Shown here in pieces: positions 50,399 through 59,303 of a stretch of DNA of 64,000 bases. Numbering within the stretch: position 1 is the first letter of the stretch; every line of letters starts with the position of its first letter. Source of the DNA: Candidatus Heimdallarchaeota archaeon (lineage in GTDB: Archaea > Asgardarchaeota > Heimdallarchaeia > Hodarchaeales > Hodarchaeaceae); NCBI GenBank assembly GCA_020353515.1, contig CP070695.1, positions 1,674,050-1,738,049 on the forward strand, read 5' to 3'. Below the pieces are notes generated by a model that had not been told where the DNA came from, ran no database searches, and saw only the letters and a program-made list of their open reading frames with translations. Made by a program: the position numbers and the translations under genes.

Positions 50399-51925
50399 TT
50401 GAAAGAAAAAATTGCACAAATAGTTGCTTTTTTTGCTTTGAGTTTTATCTGTATAATCACGGGAAGTCAAGTTATGAAGCTCCAAGAGGAAGAAAAATCC
50501 GATTTGATTAGTTTAAATTTACCATCGAACTTTATTAAAGATTTTATTCAATATTGGGAGAATATTAAAAGAACTGTAAGACCAGATGGAAAAACCAACG
50601 TTTCTTGGAAAAAATGGAATGAAATATCTCAAAAAGCATTAGAAACTTTGACTATGCCCTTTTTTAACAAATGGAAACATCTAGGAATATTCTCTTGGAT
50701 TGAAGCTTATATAGATTCTTTTTTTTCAATTACCCTTAACTTCAAAGGGGGGGCAATACTACTTCCTAAACAACTTATTCTTTATGAAGCAATGAAACCC
50801 AGCAATTCGTTACTTTCGAATTTGAAGGAGGAACCATCAAGCGAGGGCTTAGAAAGGATACTGGATTCATTATTTGGAGATTTAGACATTCGATTAATAA
50901 TGAGTGACCTTCAGATCTTAAAAAAGCTGGCTCAACCTAAGTTTTCAAAATCATTAGACAGATTCCCTAAATTAAAAGAACTGGCATATGGAATACGTCG
51001 TGATGTAAGAACTGTCTCTAACAGATTAGACTATTTAATTCAAACCCGGATTTTATGTCTGATCTACTTGGTTGATATGGCCCGAATTGGATATCAAACA
51101 ATATTATTGCGTCATAGTATAAAAAGATCACAAATTTTAAAGGAAATTCATCCTTATATTGTAATGGACTTCCCTTTATCATCTGATAGCTTCTTAACAA
51201 TAATTCATTTTCCATTTCGTGACGTACAGGTATATAAAAACCTTATCACATTTTTTAATCCTAATGAAATGAATATAATGAATAAACAATATCGTGGATG
51301 GAATTTTTCAGGCTTAACTAAAGATCCTAATAAGAGATGGAGGTTATTACCTCCAATCTTGCAGGATGGAGGAAATTGGAAAAAGGAGTTAATAACAGCA
51401 GAGTCAGGTATTGAGTTTAATTTGGATCCTTATTATGATCCTTTTCCTTTATCTTATCGTCAAGGACAACTTCTTGGGTTGATTCATAAACTCTCCACAA
51501 TGGAGGAGGAATATCTCGCAAAACAATTGAAAGTTGGCCGTGCTTATGTGTCCAAGGATGCTAAGACACTATTGAGAAATCGGGTTATTTTTCGTTTTCC
51601 AATCTTTTTCAACCTAGGTTTTGGTACATGGATTTATTTTTGTATCAGAAATTTAATATCTAATAAATCAGGAGGACTATTGAATGTCCTTGAACACCTG
51701 AAATTTTTTCCGTATGTAAATGTGTATTATAATCTAGATGAAGGTGCATTGATCGGTAGAACGAGGATACCCCCTTCTTGGACAGATAGATTTATATTTA
51801 GTTTATCGTCCCTCCCTAGTGTTTTTCCAGAAGCTTCAATTTCATACTACATTGGACCTAAATCTTACGCTCCTTGGGGTTTTGACATTCTTGGGACTTT
51901 CGATTGGGATAATTACCCCAAGTAG
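50399..51925 (+). CDS. Tandem (double) Lrp/AsnC-like HTH transcription regulator with extra N-terminal domain (probable start ATG 50474)
   Basis: DLQILKKL...LKELAYGIRRDVRTVSNRLDYL...VDMARIGY, and a second copy QGQLLGLI...YLAKQLKVGRAYVSKDAKTLL...FNLGF. Confidence 0.8.
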   Translation: MKEKIAQIVAFFALSFICIITGSQVMKLQEEEKSDLISLNLPSNFIKDFIQYWENIKRTVRPDGKTNVSWKKWNEISQKALETLTMPFFNKWKHLGIFSWIEAYIDSFFSITLNFKGGAILLPKQLILYEAMKPSNSLLSNLKEEPSSEGLERILDSLFGDLDIRLIMSDLQILKKLAQPKFSKSLDRFPKLKELAYGIRRDVRTVSNRLDYLIQTRILCLIYLVDMARIGYQTILLRHSIKRSQILKEIHPYIVMDFPLSSDSFLTIIHFPFRDVQVYKNLITFFNPNEMNIMNKQYRGWNFSGLTKDPNKRWRLLPPILQDGGNWKKELITAESGIEFNLDPYYDPFPLSYRQGQLLGLIHKLSTMEEEYLAKQLKVGRAYVSKDAKTLLRNRVIFRFPIFFNLGFGTWIYFCIRNLISNKSGGLLNVLEHLKFFPYVNVYYNLDEGALIGRTRIPPSWTDRFIFSLSSLPSVFPEASISYYIGPKSYAPWGFDILGTFDWDNYPK

Positions 51926-52097
51926 TCAAAGTATCACAAGATTAAGCCAAGATTTCTTGGTTTAATCAGATTTTTCTGAAGAAACAATTCTCAAGAAACA
52001 AATGATTTAAAGCTCCGATGATTCCGATAGTCTAACTATTTTTTTGACGCTTTATCGCTTCAAACATTCTCTAAATTCTCAGTAGAAGGTACCATAC

Positions 52098-53039
52098 TTG
52101 ATTGACAACCAGACAATCGGAGTTCTGTTTGCTCTCCTAGCTGCAGTCTGTTGGGGGCTAGGAGCATCTCTCTATAAGATTGTCATAAAAACAGAACATT
52201 CCCTTTTCCTGACGATAGCCATCCGAGGGGCCATTGCTGTTCCGTTCATTGCAGTTGTAACTTTCTTTGTTAATGGATTTGCGTCTTTGGGGATATTATT
52301 TTCTCCCGAGGTGCTCCCAATTCTACTTATTTCAAGTGCATTTGTAAGTATCGGCGATCTTTCTTTTTTTGGGTCACTTCAACGAATGGATGTTTCAAAA
52401 GCCATGCCTATTGCCTCAATTTACCCTTTATTTACCGCTATATTACTGATTATTTTTGGACTGGAGACAATCACCTCAATTGTACTAATAGGAATAATAA
52501 TATTGATTTTAGGACTTGGATTTTTATCCCAACAAGAAAAGGAAAATTCAGCAGATTCTAAATCAGAAGAAAAATTAAAGGTAGGATTAGCACTAGCGGT
52601 GATAGCTGCCATATTTTGGAGCTTTGGTATCTATACATTGCGATTACTCTTAGATTTTCCAGAAGTAGATGTTTATTCATTAGCAACAGTTCGCTTTGGC
52701 TTATTAACCAGCATTTTTATAATAATATGGGGTATAAATACGACTTATAATTATAAAATCGGAAAGGACGATCCAGCCTCGCTCGAGCACATTACTAAGA
52801 AAGTAGGCCTTGTGTTTGGTATAGGGGGAATACTATCCTGGGGAATTGGAGCTATCAGCTTTTTTTCATCAATTGAGTTGATTGGTGCTGCACGAGCCAC
52901 CCCGATATCATCGATCAATCCCTTAATATCAGTCATTATCGGGATTGCTGTTTTAAAAGAAAAACTCAAGCCTCTACAAGCAATAGGAATTTTATTGATG
53001 ATATTTGGATCGATTTTTGTTTCCCTCCAGCAAAGCTAG
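52098..53039 (+). CDS. DMT/EamA family transporter
   Basis: ALLAAVCWG, duplicated halves, LKEKLKPLQAIGILL. Confidence 0.92.
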   Translation: MIDNQTIGVLFALLAAVCWGLGASLYKIVIKTEHSLFLTIAIRGAIAVPFIAVVTFFVNGFASLGILFSPEVLPILLISSAFVSIGDLSFFGSLQRMDVSKAMPIASIYPLFTAILLIIFGLETITSIVLIGIIILILGLGFLSQQEKENSADSKSEEKLKVGLALAVIAAIFWSFGIYTLRLLLDFPEVDVYSLATVRFGLLTSIFIIIWGINTTYNYKIGKDDPASLEHITKKVGLVFGIGGILSWGIGAISFFSSIELIGAARATPISSINPLISVIIGIAVLKEKLKPLQAIGILLMIFGSIFVSLQQS

Positions 53040-53049
53040 AAACTTAATC

Positions 53050-53057
53050 AAAAAAAA
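53050..53057 (-). terminator. Oligo(T) tract preceded by a small hairpin, putative end of a minus-strand transcript
   Basis: Minus strand reads ACTCC...GGAGTCCC-T8. Confidence 0.45.
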
Positions 53058-53076
53058 GGGACTCCCAACCTTTTGT

Positions 53077-53267
53077 GTGAAGGAGTGGGTGATGTGGTTG
53101 TATATAATTCTACTATGATTGAAGACATCTTTGTTCGTCGCTTGACCTAAGCGCTAATCGCTTTTAACTTATCAGGGGACCCCTCACTACAGCAAGTAGT
53201 ATCCCTCAGATAGAAAGCTGCTCTTTAGATCTGAAGAATGTCAGTCCACATCTACCCACATTTCTCA
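53077..53267. ncRNA. Putative ~190-nt rod-like structured RNA / imperfect inverted-repeat element, family unknown
   Basis: Nested complementary segments: GTGGGTGATGTGG/CCACATCTACCCAC, GACATCTT/AAGAATGTC, GACCTAAGCGC/GCTCTTTAGATC, GCTTT/AAAGC, TTATC/GATAG, GGGA/TCCC, ACTAC/GTAGT. Confidence 0.5.
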
Positions 53268-53299
53268 ACTAGTGAGCATATGAGTAATGAGCGAATTCT

Positions 53300-53494
53300 C
53301 TAAGCTACCAGCCTTATTTTACCACTTCTTCTATTATCATACTTTCTTTTTCTTTTTTTCTTCAATTTCCTTTTCTTTTTCTGCTTCTTAAGCATTTTCT
53401 TTCTTGTTTCTTGAGTGAGCAAAGATCTCCTAAAATCGCGAGATAGGGTATAGTTAGGTCTCGATAACCCATCTTTCCTACTTTTAGAAATCAC
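53300..53494 (-). CDS. Very basic 64-aa microprotein
   Basis: GGTGA SD then GTG: MISKSRKDGLSRPNYTLSRDFRRSLLTQETRKKMLKKQKKKRKLKKKRKRKYDNRRSGKIRLVA. Confidence 0.55.
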   Translation of the reverse strand: MISKSRKDGLSRPNYTLSRDFRRSLLTQETRKKMLKKQKKKRKLKKKRKRKYDNRRSGKIRLVA

Positions 53495-53723
53495 AACATC
53501 ACCATGCAATTTTCCATAAATCGATTTTTAGAATATTCGACGTTATAAAAAATCTACATTTACATTAATAATGTATTATAAAAATCTTTCGGAATGAATA
53601 ATAATTACAGAAAAAAGGTGTCATTGATTTGTTTTACTATCATTGATACATCATAATAATTCCTGAACAGGCTTCTTTCTAAGGTAAAAAGCAAAGTTTG
53701 GAGGGTAAATTGTCCAAAGGATT

Positions 53724-56369
53724 TCAAGTTTGTTCCTCTTTCACTTCTGGGGGTTTTAGTTCATCAAAGAGGGAACGATTCTGGGCATGAAGGACGAAAT
53801 ATAAGTCAAGAATCCCCGTTTCAGGGTAGGGAGATAATCCCAGCTCGTGACAAAGCTGTTGTAGTCGTACTAAGTTAGTATCAGGAAGGAAATCTTCTAA
53901 ATTTTTGTGCTTACCACTGGGAGGAATCACTGTCGCCTGTAGAGCTTGCTGCAATCCCTCAGTAGATTCTGCTTGTTGGAGGTGTCGAAGATCAAGGAAG
54001 AGGTTGTGCACTAAAGCGTGAGCAGAATCAAAGAGTTGTCTAAAATCTTGCCACTCAAGAGTCTCAATAGCATAAATATCCTGAAACTCGGCAACGCGCG
54101 CCCATGGGATAGAGTTACCACGGAGTAGTCGAACGTAATTGAGAAAACCACCCACCAAATTTTTGATTCTGGTATTTGTCTCTTGGCGGCTCTGATAGGA
54201 AGCTCCAGTATCAAAAAAGTTCTCCAAACGCGTTAATTGTTCTTCAATGATCGTTGTTTCCTCAGGGGTTAGTGGAGTAGGCAGAAGACTGAGATTCTCG
54301 AATTGTTTTCGATAATACTTTCGTCCAGCTTCAGTGATGACCCAATATGTCGCACCTCCTTCCATTGTTGTTCCACACAACCCGAGGGTCTTAAATTGAT
54401 CTAGTGCGAGGGCCTTCTGATTATTTTCCCCGACTAATCCCATTATTTCATCCTGTTGGCGGGGTTGAAACATCAGAAGCTTCAAGAATCTCATCAAGAG
54501 CTCGTATCGTGGAGGAGGTAACCCCAGTGTTTCAGCACCCCGTTGTCTAGTTTCAAGTAACTTAATGGGAGTAAGATCAACCGGGTAAGAGGGATCTAAC
54601 TTTAAATGGTAGGCTAGATTCTGTGGGCAATCCTCTCGAAAAAGAAGTCCTTCCCCTTCTACAATCCCTATGAACTGTTGTTGTGTGTGGATTGGTGATC
54701 TGGAAGTAAATGCAATTTCGTGGGAGGTTAGGACAAGTTCTCGATCCTGGGCATTAGCTAACTTGAGATAAATCCGATTCCTAATTTCCTCAAAGGTGTC
54801 CATATTCATAGCTAATGCTTGCAAACTCTGACTCCCGAGAATCAGGAGGTTATCTTGAGCAATTGTATTACAAGCTTCGACTGTACTAGACGGAACAAGT
54901 TCTCGTTGACGCCTATAGGCGGTTTTACGACTCAAGAATTCTGCTGCATGGGTGAGAACAACACAACCGCGCGTCATGATCTGAGAGAGGTAATGAAGAA
55001 GAAATCCAATGGTCGCACGCCGAATTAGGGGTGGTTGAGCACCAAATTGGAAGAATGTAATGGTTTGATCACACACTAAGGTACCACTGTAATGGCCCTG
55101 GAAAGAAGCATAATTAACCTCGGGAAATGAGCGGAACTGTTCCAAAATCCCTGCTAAGGCTTCAATAGCCATCATATCAGCGAACATCATATCGATCCCT
55201 TCAGTGTTCACTTGGACTTCATCTCCTGAGCTTCCCCCAATACTCAAGGACACCTCTTTGAGGGTGAAGGAGGAGTGATTCTCTGCAGTTTTTTTGATCT
55301 GAGCCTCTAATGGCACAGAGTACCGTGCTGTAAGGTACTCGGAGGTGTTTAAGGAACTGAGAAGGATCTGACTGATGAGATGTGATTTCCATGCTGCGCG
55401 GGCTTTCGCATTCTCCTTATCCCCCGTTGAAGGAATAGGAAGGATCACATCACAAAGGTTCAGATGGATATTGGTGCCCAAGCGAAACATCTGAAGTGGT
55501 AACGCTTGTGGAGGATGGGCTTGGAGATGCTGAATAAGACCATTTAGTTCGCTATGGGCATCGATCACAAAAATCTGTTGATTGCTGGTCGTCAGCGAGG
55601 CCGTGAGCTGCTGGAGGACGGATAAAACCTCATGGTTGGAAGACCCACAGACAAGGACGCTGCCTGTCTGTAGATTGGGGAACCCCACAGGGATTACTGG
55701 GTTATCTACTCGCGTACCTAAACGATGGACGACAGGAAGATTGGGAACGGAAAATTGGTGAATGTGACGGGAAGGAACGCGATCTAATGTGAGAAAGAGA
55801 TCAACAAGCTGGGAGTGGAAGCCCTTACGTCCCTTGAAGAGAGTAATCCCTTTCGGAATGCGTTCTTTATGAACATATGCTCCTTCAATCTTATTTCCAG
55901 TGACTAAGCTAACCTTACATCCACTTCCTTCAAGCATGGTATGGGTCATTGACCGACGCTGGACGAATTGTTTACGAGCATGAGTGATGAGAGCAGGGAG
56001 GAGACTTTCAGATTTGATAACAAAGCAAACCTTGACTACAACAAGGAGGAGTAAAGCGGTATGAGAATCCTCCTTATCTTTGGTTTTCGATTTAACAGGA
56101 CGAGCAGAGAATATTTCACGAACTACAGTCACACCTTCTTGATTGTTTACTAAAGATAACGTTCGTGCAGCATTCTTGAGATCTTTCTGTGGTTGAAGTG
56201 CAAAGATGGAGACCAGCTCTGCTATTGCCCCCCAAGGGCCATCCATCTTGCTATCATCTAAAATTTGTCGGACAAAAAGAGTTGACTCATCCTCTAGCAC
56301 TTTTGTTGCGAATTTCATTTTCCTACTTAATCCAGAGTGAGGGGTATGAGTCATCATAAGACGAAGCAT
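53724..56369 (-). CDS. HerA/VirB4/FtsK-superfamily-like protein with degenerate Walker motifs and C-terminal winged helix
   Basis: VLVCGSSNHE (Walker A position), IFVIDAHSEL, FRLG..IHLN, VVLTHAAEF (Walker B position), LILGSQS, RIYLKL..QD, GEGLL, VITEAGR. Confidence 0.65.
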   Translation of the reverse strand: MLRLMMTHTPHSGLSRKMKFATKVLEDESTLFVRQILDDSKMDGPWGAIAELVSIFALQPQKDLKNAARTLSLVNNQEGVTVVREIFSARPVKSKTKDKEDSHTALLLLVVVKVCFVIKSESLLPALITHARKQFVQRRSMTHTMLEGSGCKVSLVTGNKIEGAYVHKERIPKGITLFKGRKGFHSQLVDLFLTLDRVPSRHIHQFSVPNLPVVHRLGTRVDNPVIPVGFPNLQTGSVLVCGSSNHEVLSVLQQLTASLTTSNQQIFVIDAHSELNGLIQHLQAHPPQALPLQMFRLGTNIHLNLCDVILPIPSTGDKENAKARAAWKSHLISQILLSSLNTSEYLTARYSVPLEAQIKKTAENHSSFTLKEVSLSIGGSSGDEVQVNTEGIDMMFADMMAIEALAGILEQFRSFPEVNYASFQGHYSGTLVCDQTITFFQFGAQPPLIRRATIGFLLHYLSQIMTRGCVVLTHAAEFLSRKTAYRRQRELVPSSTVEACNTIAQDNLLILGSQSLQALAMNMDTFEEIRNRIYLKLANAQDRELVLTSHEIAFTSRSPIHTQQQFIGIVEGEGLLFREDCPQNLAYHLKLDPSYPVDLTPIKLLETRQRGAETLGLPPPRYELLMRFLKLLMFQPRQQDEIMGLVGENNQKALALDQFKTLGLCGTTMEGGATYWVITEAGRKYYRKQFENLSLLPTPLTPEETTIIEEQLTRLENFFDTGASYQSRQETNTRIKNLVGGFLNYVRLLRGNSIPWARVAEFQDIYAIETLEWQDFRQLFDSAHALVHNLFLDLRHLQQAESTEGLQQALQATVIPPSGKHKNLEDFLPDTNLVRLQQLCHELGLSPYPETGILDLYFVLHAQNRSLFDELKPPEVKEEQT

Positions 56370-56435
56370 AGGTAAACACGACTATTGAATCTAGCATAGA
56401 TTCTTTTTCCCCCTTTTATAGTCGAAAAGAGAAGA

Positions 56436-57305
56436 TCAATCTTCATACTCATCCATGTCAAAAAACTCCACATCACTAACGGTCGGAGTGAGCTCCTTCT
56501 TGGGTCTAAGTGGGACAACAAAAATGTCTGACAGACGTAATTTACCCCGTTGGGCCACCAGAGTCGCGCCAAAGAGCCCTACCAAGTACAACAAAAACAT
56601 CACGGTGCCCATGATCACTGCTAGGAAGAAATCCTGCTTTCGCCAAAAGGAGTCGAGGGTAAAAATTACATGTACCAGAACAGCGTTAAAGAGATAGATA
56701 GGACGGAGGTTCAAGTTCAACATGATTGTGTGAATGACAAAATACCAATCACTAACGCTTGGCATCATGACTCCGAAAATTCCCACAAAGAAGTAGAAGT
56801 GGAGAAGAGCGCCAGCAACAGTGGTGAACGTGTTATTCATTAAGGCTAGTGGTGCGATCAGCAGATATCCTACCAACATCACCCACCCAAAGCGACTGGG
56901 AGCTAAGGCGACCCGTTTCGCGTACTCGATACGATTGAAGGATGCAACCATCATACTGTTCTCGTCAGGACGGCCGAGGCCTGTTGCAAGACTGGAGCGG
57001 ATTCGACCAGCATCATACAACCTGTCGAGATCCTCTTCATTGTCGTGTTTCTCTTCCAGCTCGTGGTAGATTTCTTTAGCAGACTGAACGTGGAGAAATA
57101 CATGTAGAGCCCGAAAGGGGAACCACAATACATTGACTATTTTTTGGAGAAAAGGGAGCATAAACATAACAATTTGGAGGAGGAGGTACATCACAAGTTG
57201 TTTGAGAAAAAAGAAGATGATATCAGGACCATTCAAGACCTCTCCGGAATACCATTCAAAAAATCCAAGAAAACCGAACACGATCAGATCAATGAGTGTA
57301 CTCAT
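56436..57305 (-). CDS. Multi-pass membrane protein resembling M50-like zinc peptidases but with HVxxH
   Basis: FPFRALHVFLH ... VALAP ... MMPSVSDW; ~7 TM. Confidence 0.6.
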   Translation of the reverse strand: MSTLIDLIVFGFLGFFEWYSGEVLNGPDIIFFFLKQLVMYLLLQIVMFMLPFLQKIVNVLWFPFRALHVFLHVQSAKEIYHELEEKHDNEEDLDRLYDAGRIRSSLATGLGRPDENSMMVASFNRIEYAKRVALAPSRFGWVMLVGYLLIAPLALMNNTFTTVAGALLHFYFFVGIFGVMMPSVSDWYFVIHTIMLNLNLRPIYLFNAVLVHVIFTLDSFWRKQDFFLAVIMGTVMFLLYLVGLFGATLVAQRGKLRLSDIFVVPLRPKKELTPTVSDVEFFDMDEYED

Positions 57306-57390
57306 GAGTCAATAGTGATTAGTGTTTTTCCTTTAAATACTCGAAATTTCCTGATAATAAATTGGAGCTTCATCTAGAACTAAAATATGA

Positions 57391-57506
57391 TTTTCGGGAG
57401 TTATCACAAAAAAAGCATGAAATCTATAATAAAACAAAAAAATTAAATACCCCATAGTTACAGCTTATTTATCATGTTTTGTCTAAGTTAGTGTTTTTCG
57501 GGAGTT
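57391..57506 (+). repeat. 12-bp direct repeat TTTTCGGGAGTT (57391-57402 and 57495-57506) in divergent promoter region
   Basis: Exact match; the second copy abuts the GTG start of the TrmB-like gene. Confidence 0.55.
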
Positions 57507-58673
57507 GTGATCCTTATTCAACTGAACGAGATGAAAGAAATTTCGAGGTTTGAACCTCTCTTTACTGACATTTTACCAGACGATATCAATGAGCAACATG
57601 CTCGTATTCTTGTATTGATGTTTCGTCTTGGTGGTTTTACAACTCTTAATCTACTTACCGATTTCCTTCCTTTTCTTTCCCAACCTACTGTCAGTATCCG
57701 AGTAGCTGAGCTCGTCAATAAGGGTTATCTTCGAAAAAATCCCGAATTAATGCCTATGGCTCTAGTTCTTATGCTGACTACTGACACACTCGAATCCCAA
57801 CTCGAACGCAAATTCGAGGTACAACAGAATGCTTTTCGCTTTCTTCTGAAGACTCTCAAAATTAGTGATAAATTTTCGCTTAAAGAAATGTTCATTCAAG
57901 CAATACAAGCATTATATCCCAAAAGAAGAAAGTTTGAAGAAAATTTGGCTAAAGAAGACGTTTTACCTAGACTAGTTGCTTTCATTTATCTCTACAAAAT
58001 AATACCAAGAAATGACCTGTATGAACTAGTCTATGGGAAGAAGTATCCTATTAAAATTGCTAAGAAGTATGATTCTATAATTTCAGCTCATCCTGAAATT
58101 TTCCATGTCGTATATAAAAAACATCAATATAAAGAAACGCTTATTCGGCCACAGCTTCCTTTGGATTCATTCGTTAAAAATCGACTAACATATCTAGAGT
58201 CACTTTACTCTTACTACAAGAAGCTATTAGAAGAATTAGGCAATTTTTTAACGGGGGAATATGAAGCGATCATTCCCCATCAATTATTATATTTTCCTTC
58301 TGAGATCAAGTTCAAGATTGAGGTCTGTTTAAAACATTATAAAACGATCAGGGTTATTGACAACGCCATATATGTTAATAAAGAGGGGATTACTGGTGTA
58401 TTAAGTCTGGTAATAGATCGTCAAAACTTTACGCCAGACCATAAGGTTTTAATGTTTGCCAATACTGAGATTCAGCTTCCTGATAACGTTAATCAATCTC
58501 AGATTCAATTTTTTCCTTTGAAAACTGATATTCCCCGTGACTACAAGTCACGAGATTTCATTCTCTTTGAGGAACATGGTTGTTTAGTTTTCCCGTCGCA
58601 GCCAAATGCAATTCCTTATTATAACATTGCCCCACGATTCACAACAAGTCTATTAAATATTTTTCAAAAATGA
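57507..58673 (+). CDS. TrmB-like winged-HTH transcription regulator
   Basis: EQHARILVLMFRLGG.TT...LSQPTVSIRVAELVNKGYL, coiled linker, C-terminal alpha/beta domain (RDFILFE..GCLVF). Confidence 0.7.
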   Translation: MILIQLNEMKEISRFEPLFTDILPDDINEQHARILVLMFRLGGFTTLNLLTDFLPFLSQPTVSIRVAELVNKGYLRKNPELMPMALVLMLTTDTLESQLERKFEVQQNAFRFLLKTLKISDKFSLKEMFIQAIQALYPKRRKFEENLAKEDVLPRLVAFIYLYKIIPRNDLYELVYGKKYPIKIAKKYDSIISAHPEIFHVVYKKHQYKETLIRPQLPLDSFVKNRLTYLESLYSYYKKLLEELGNFLTGEYEAIIPHQLLYFPSEIKFKIEVCLKHYKTIRVIDNAIYVNKEGITGVLSLVIDRQNFTPDHKVLMFANTEIQLPDNVNQSQIQFFPLKTDIPRDYKSRDFILFEEHGCLVFPSQPNAIPYYNIAPRFTTSLLNIFQK

Positions 58674-58683
58674 GGATAAAAAA

Positions 58684-59268
58684 ATGCTATCTGACTTTCT
58701 CAGGCTTATTAAGGGTTTTATTTTAATTATTGGGCCAACTGAAGCAGGAAAAACCAGTATTCTACGCCGATTAGTGACTGGTGAATTCCATGATCCTCAA
58801 CCTACTCTTGGTTTTCGTGAAGAAAACGTTGCTAAAGTAAGAGTAATTGAGATTGGAGGACAACCAAGCTTCAGAAAGTACTGGAGAGTAGCTCTTGAAC
58901 AAAATCCAGTGCGGATCATCTTTGTAATTGATGTGACCAAAGAAAATGATTATAACGAATATCTGACTTTTCAGGAGACCTATCCAGCATTTAGATCTCT
59001 CTCATTATTAACTATCAATAAGGTGGATCTAATTACTACCAATCCTGATTATTTGTCTGAGATTCCCGAGGATCACATTTATTGTAGTGCAAAAACAGGC
59101 GAAGGGATGTTAGACATTTTAGAAGCGATTGCTAGTTTTAAAAAAATGGCTGAGGCTGAAATTCCTTTGAGTCAACAAAATGAGATAAGCAGTAAGGAGA
59201 GTGCAGCTAATAGTAATGAAAAAGAGGACGTTGATTCGATTATAAAGGAGTTTCAAGGAAAATTCTAG
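58684..59268 (+). CDS. Arf-like small GTPase
   Basis: G1 GPTEAGKT, G2 PTLGF, G3 EIGGQ..FR.YW, G4 NKVD, G5 CSAK. Confidence 0.92.
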   Translation: MLSDFLRLIKGFILIIGPTEAGKTSILRRLVTGEFHDPQPTLGFREENVAKVRVIEIGGQPSFRKYWRVALEQNPVRIIFVIDVTKENDYNEYLTFQETYPAFRSLSLLTINKVDLITTNPDYLSEIPEDHIYCSAKTGEGMLDILEAIASFKKMAEAEIPLSQQNEISSKESAANSNEKEDVDSIIKEFQGKF

Positions 59269-59303
59269 CTTAATCCCTTCAAATTAGACTAGAATTATCT
59301 GCA

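Noticed and set aside
50399-50473. N-terminal TM on the double-Lrp regulator
   Set aside because: It depends on an upstream TTG; ATG 50474 is the more plausible start, so membrane tethering is not supported.
53077-53267. Identity as SRP RNA, RNase P RNA, TPP riboswitch, SECIS or C/D sRNA
   Set aside because: Only fragments match (CAGG...AGCA without a GNRA helix-8 loop; CCTGAT; imperfect C box with CTGA). No complete consensus, so it is left unassigned.
53724-57305. Integrated mobile element call
   Set aside because: GC shift only; no integrase, transposase, tRNA target or flanking att repeats seen.
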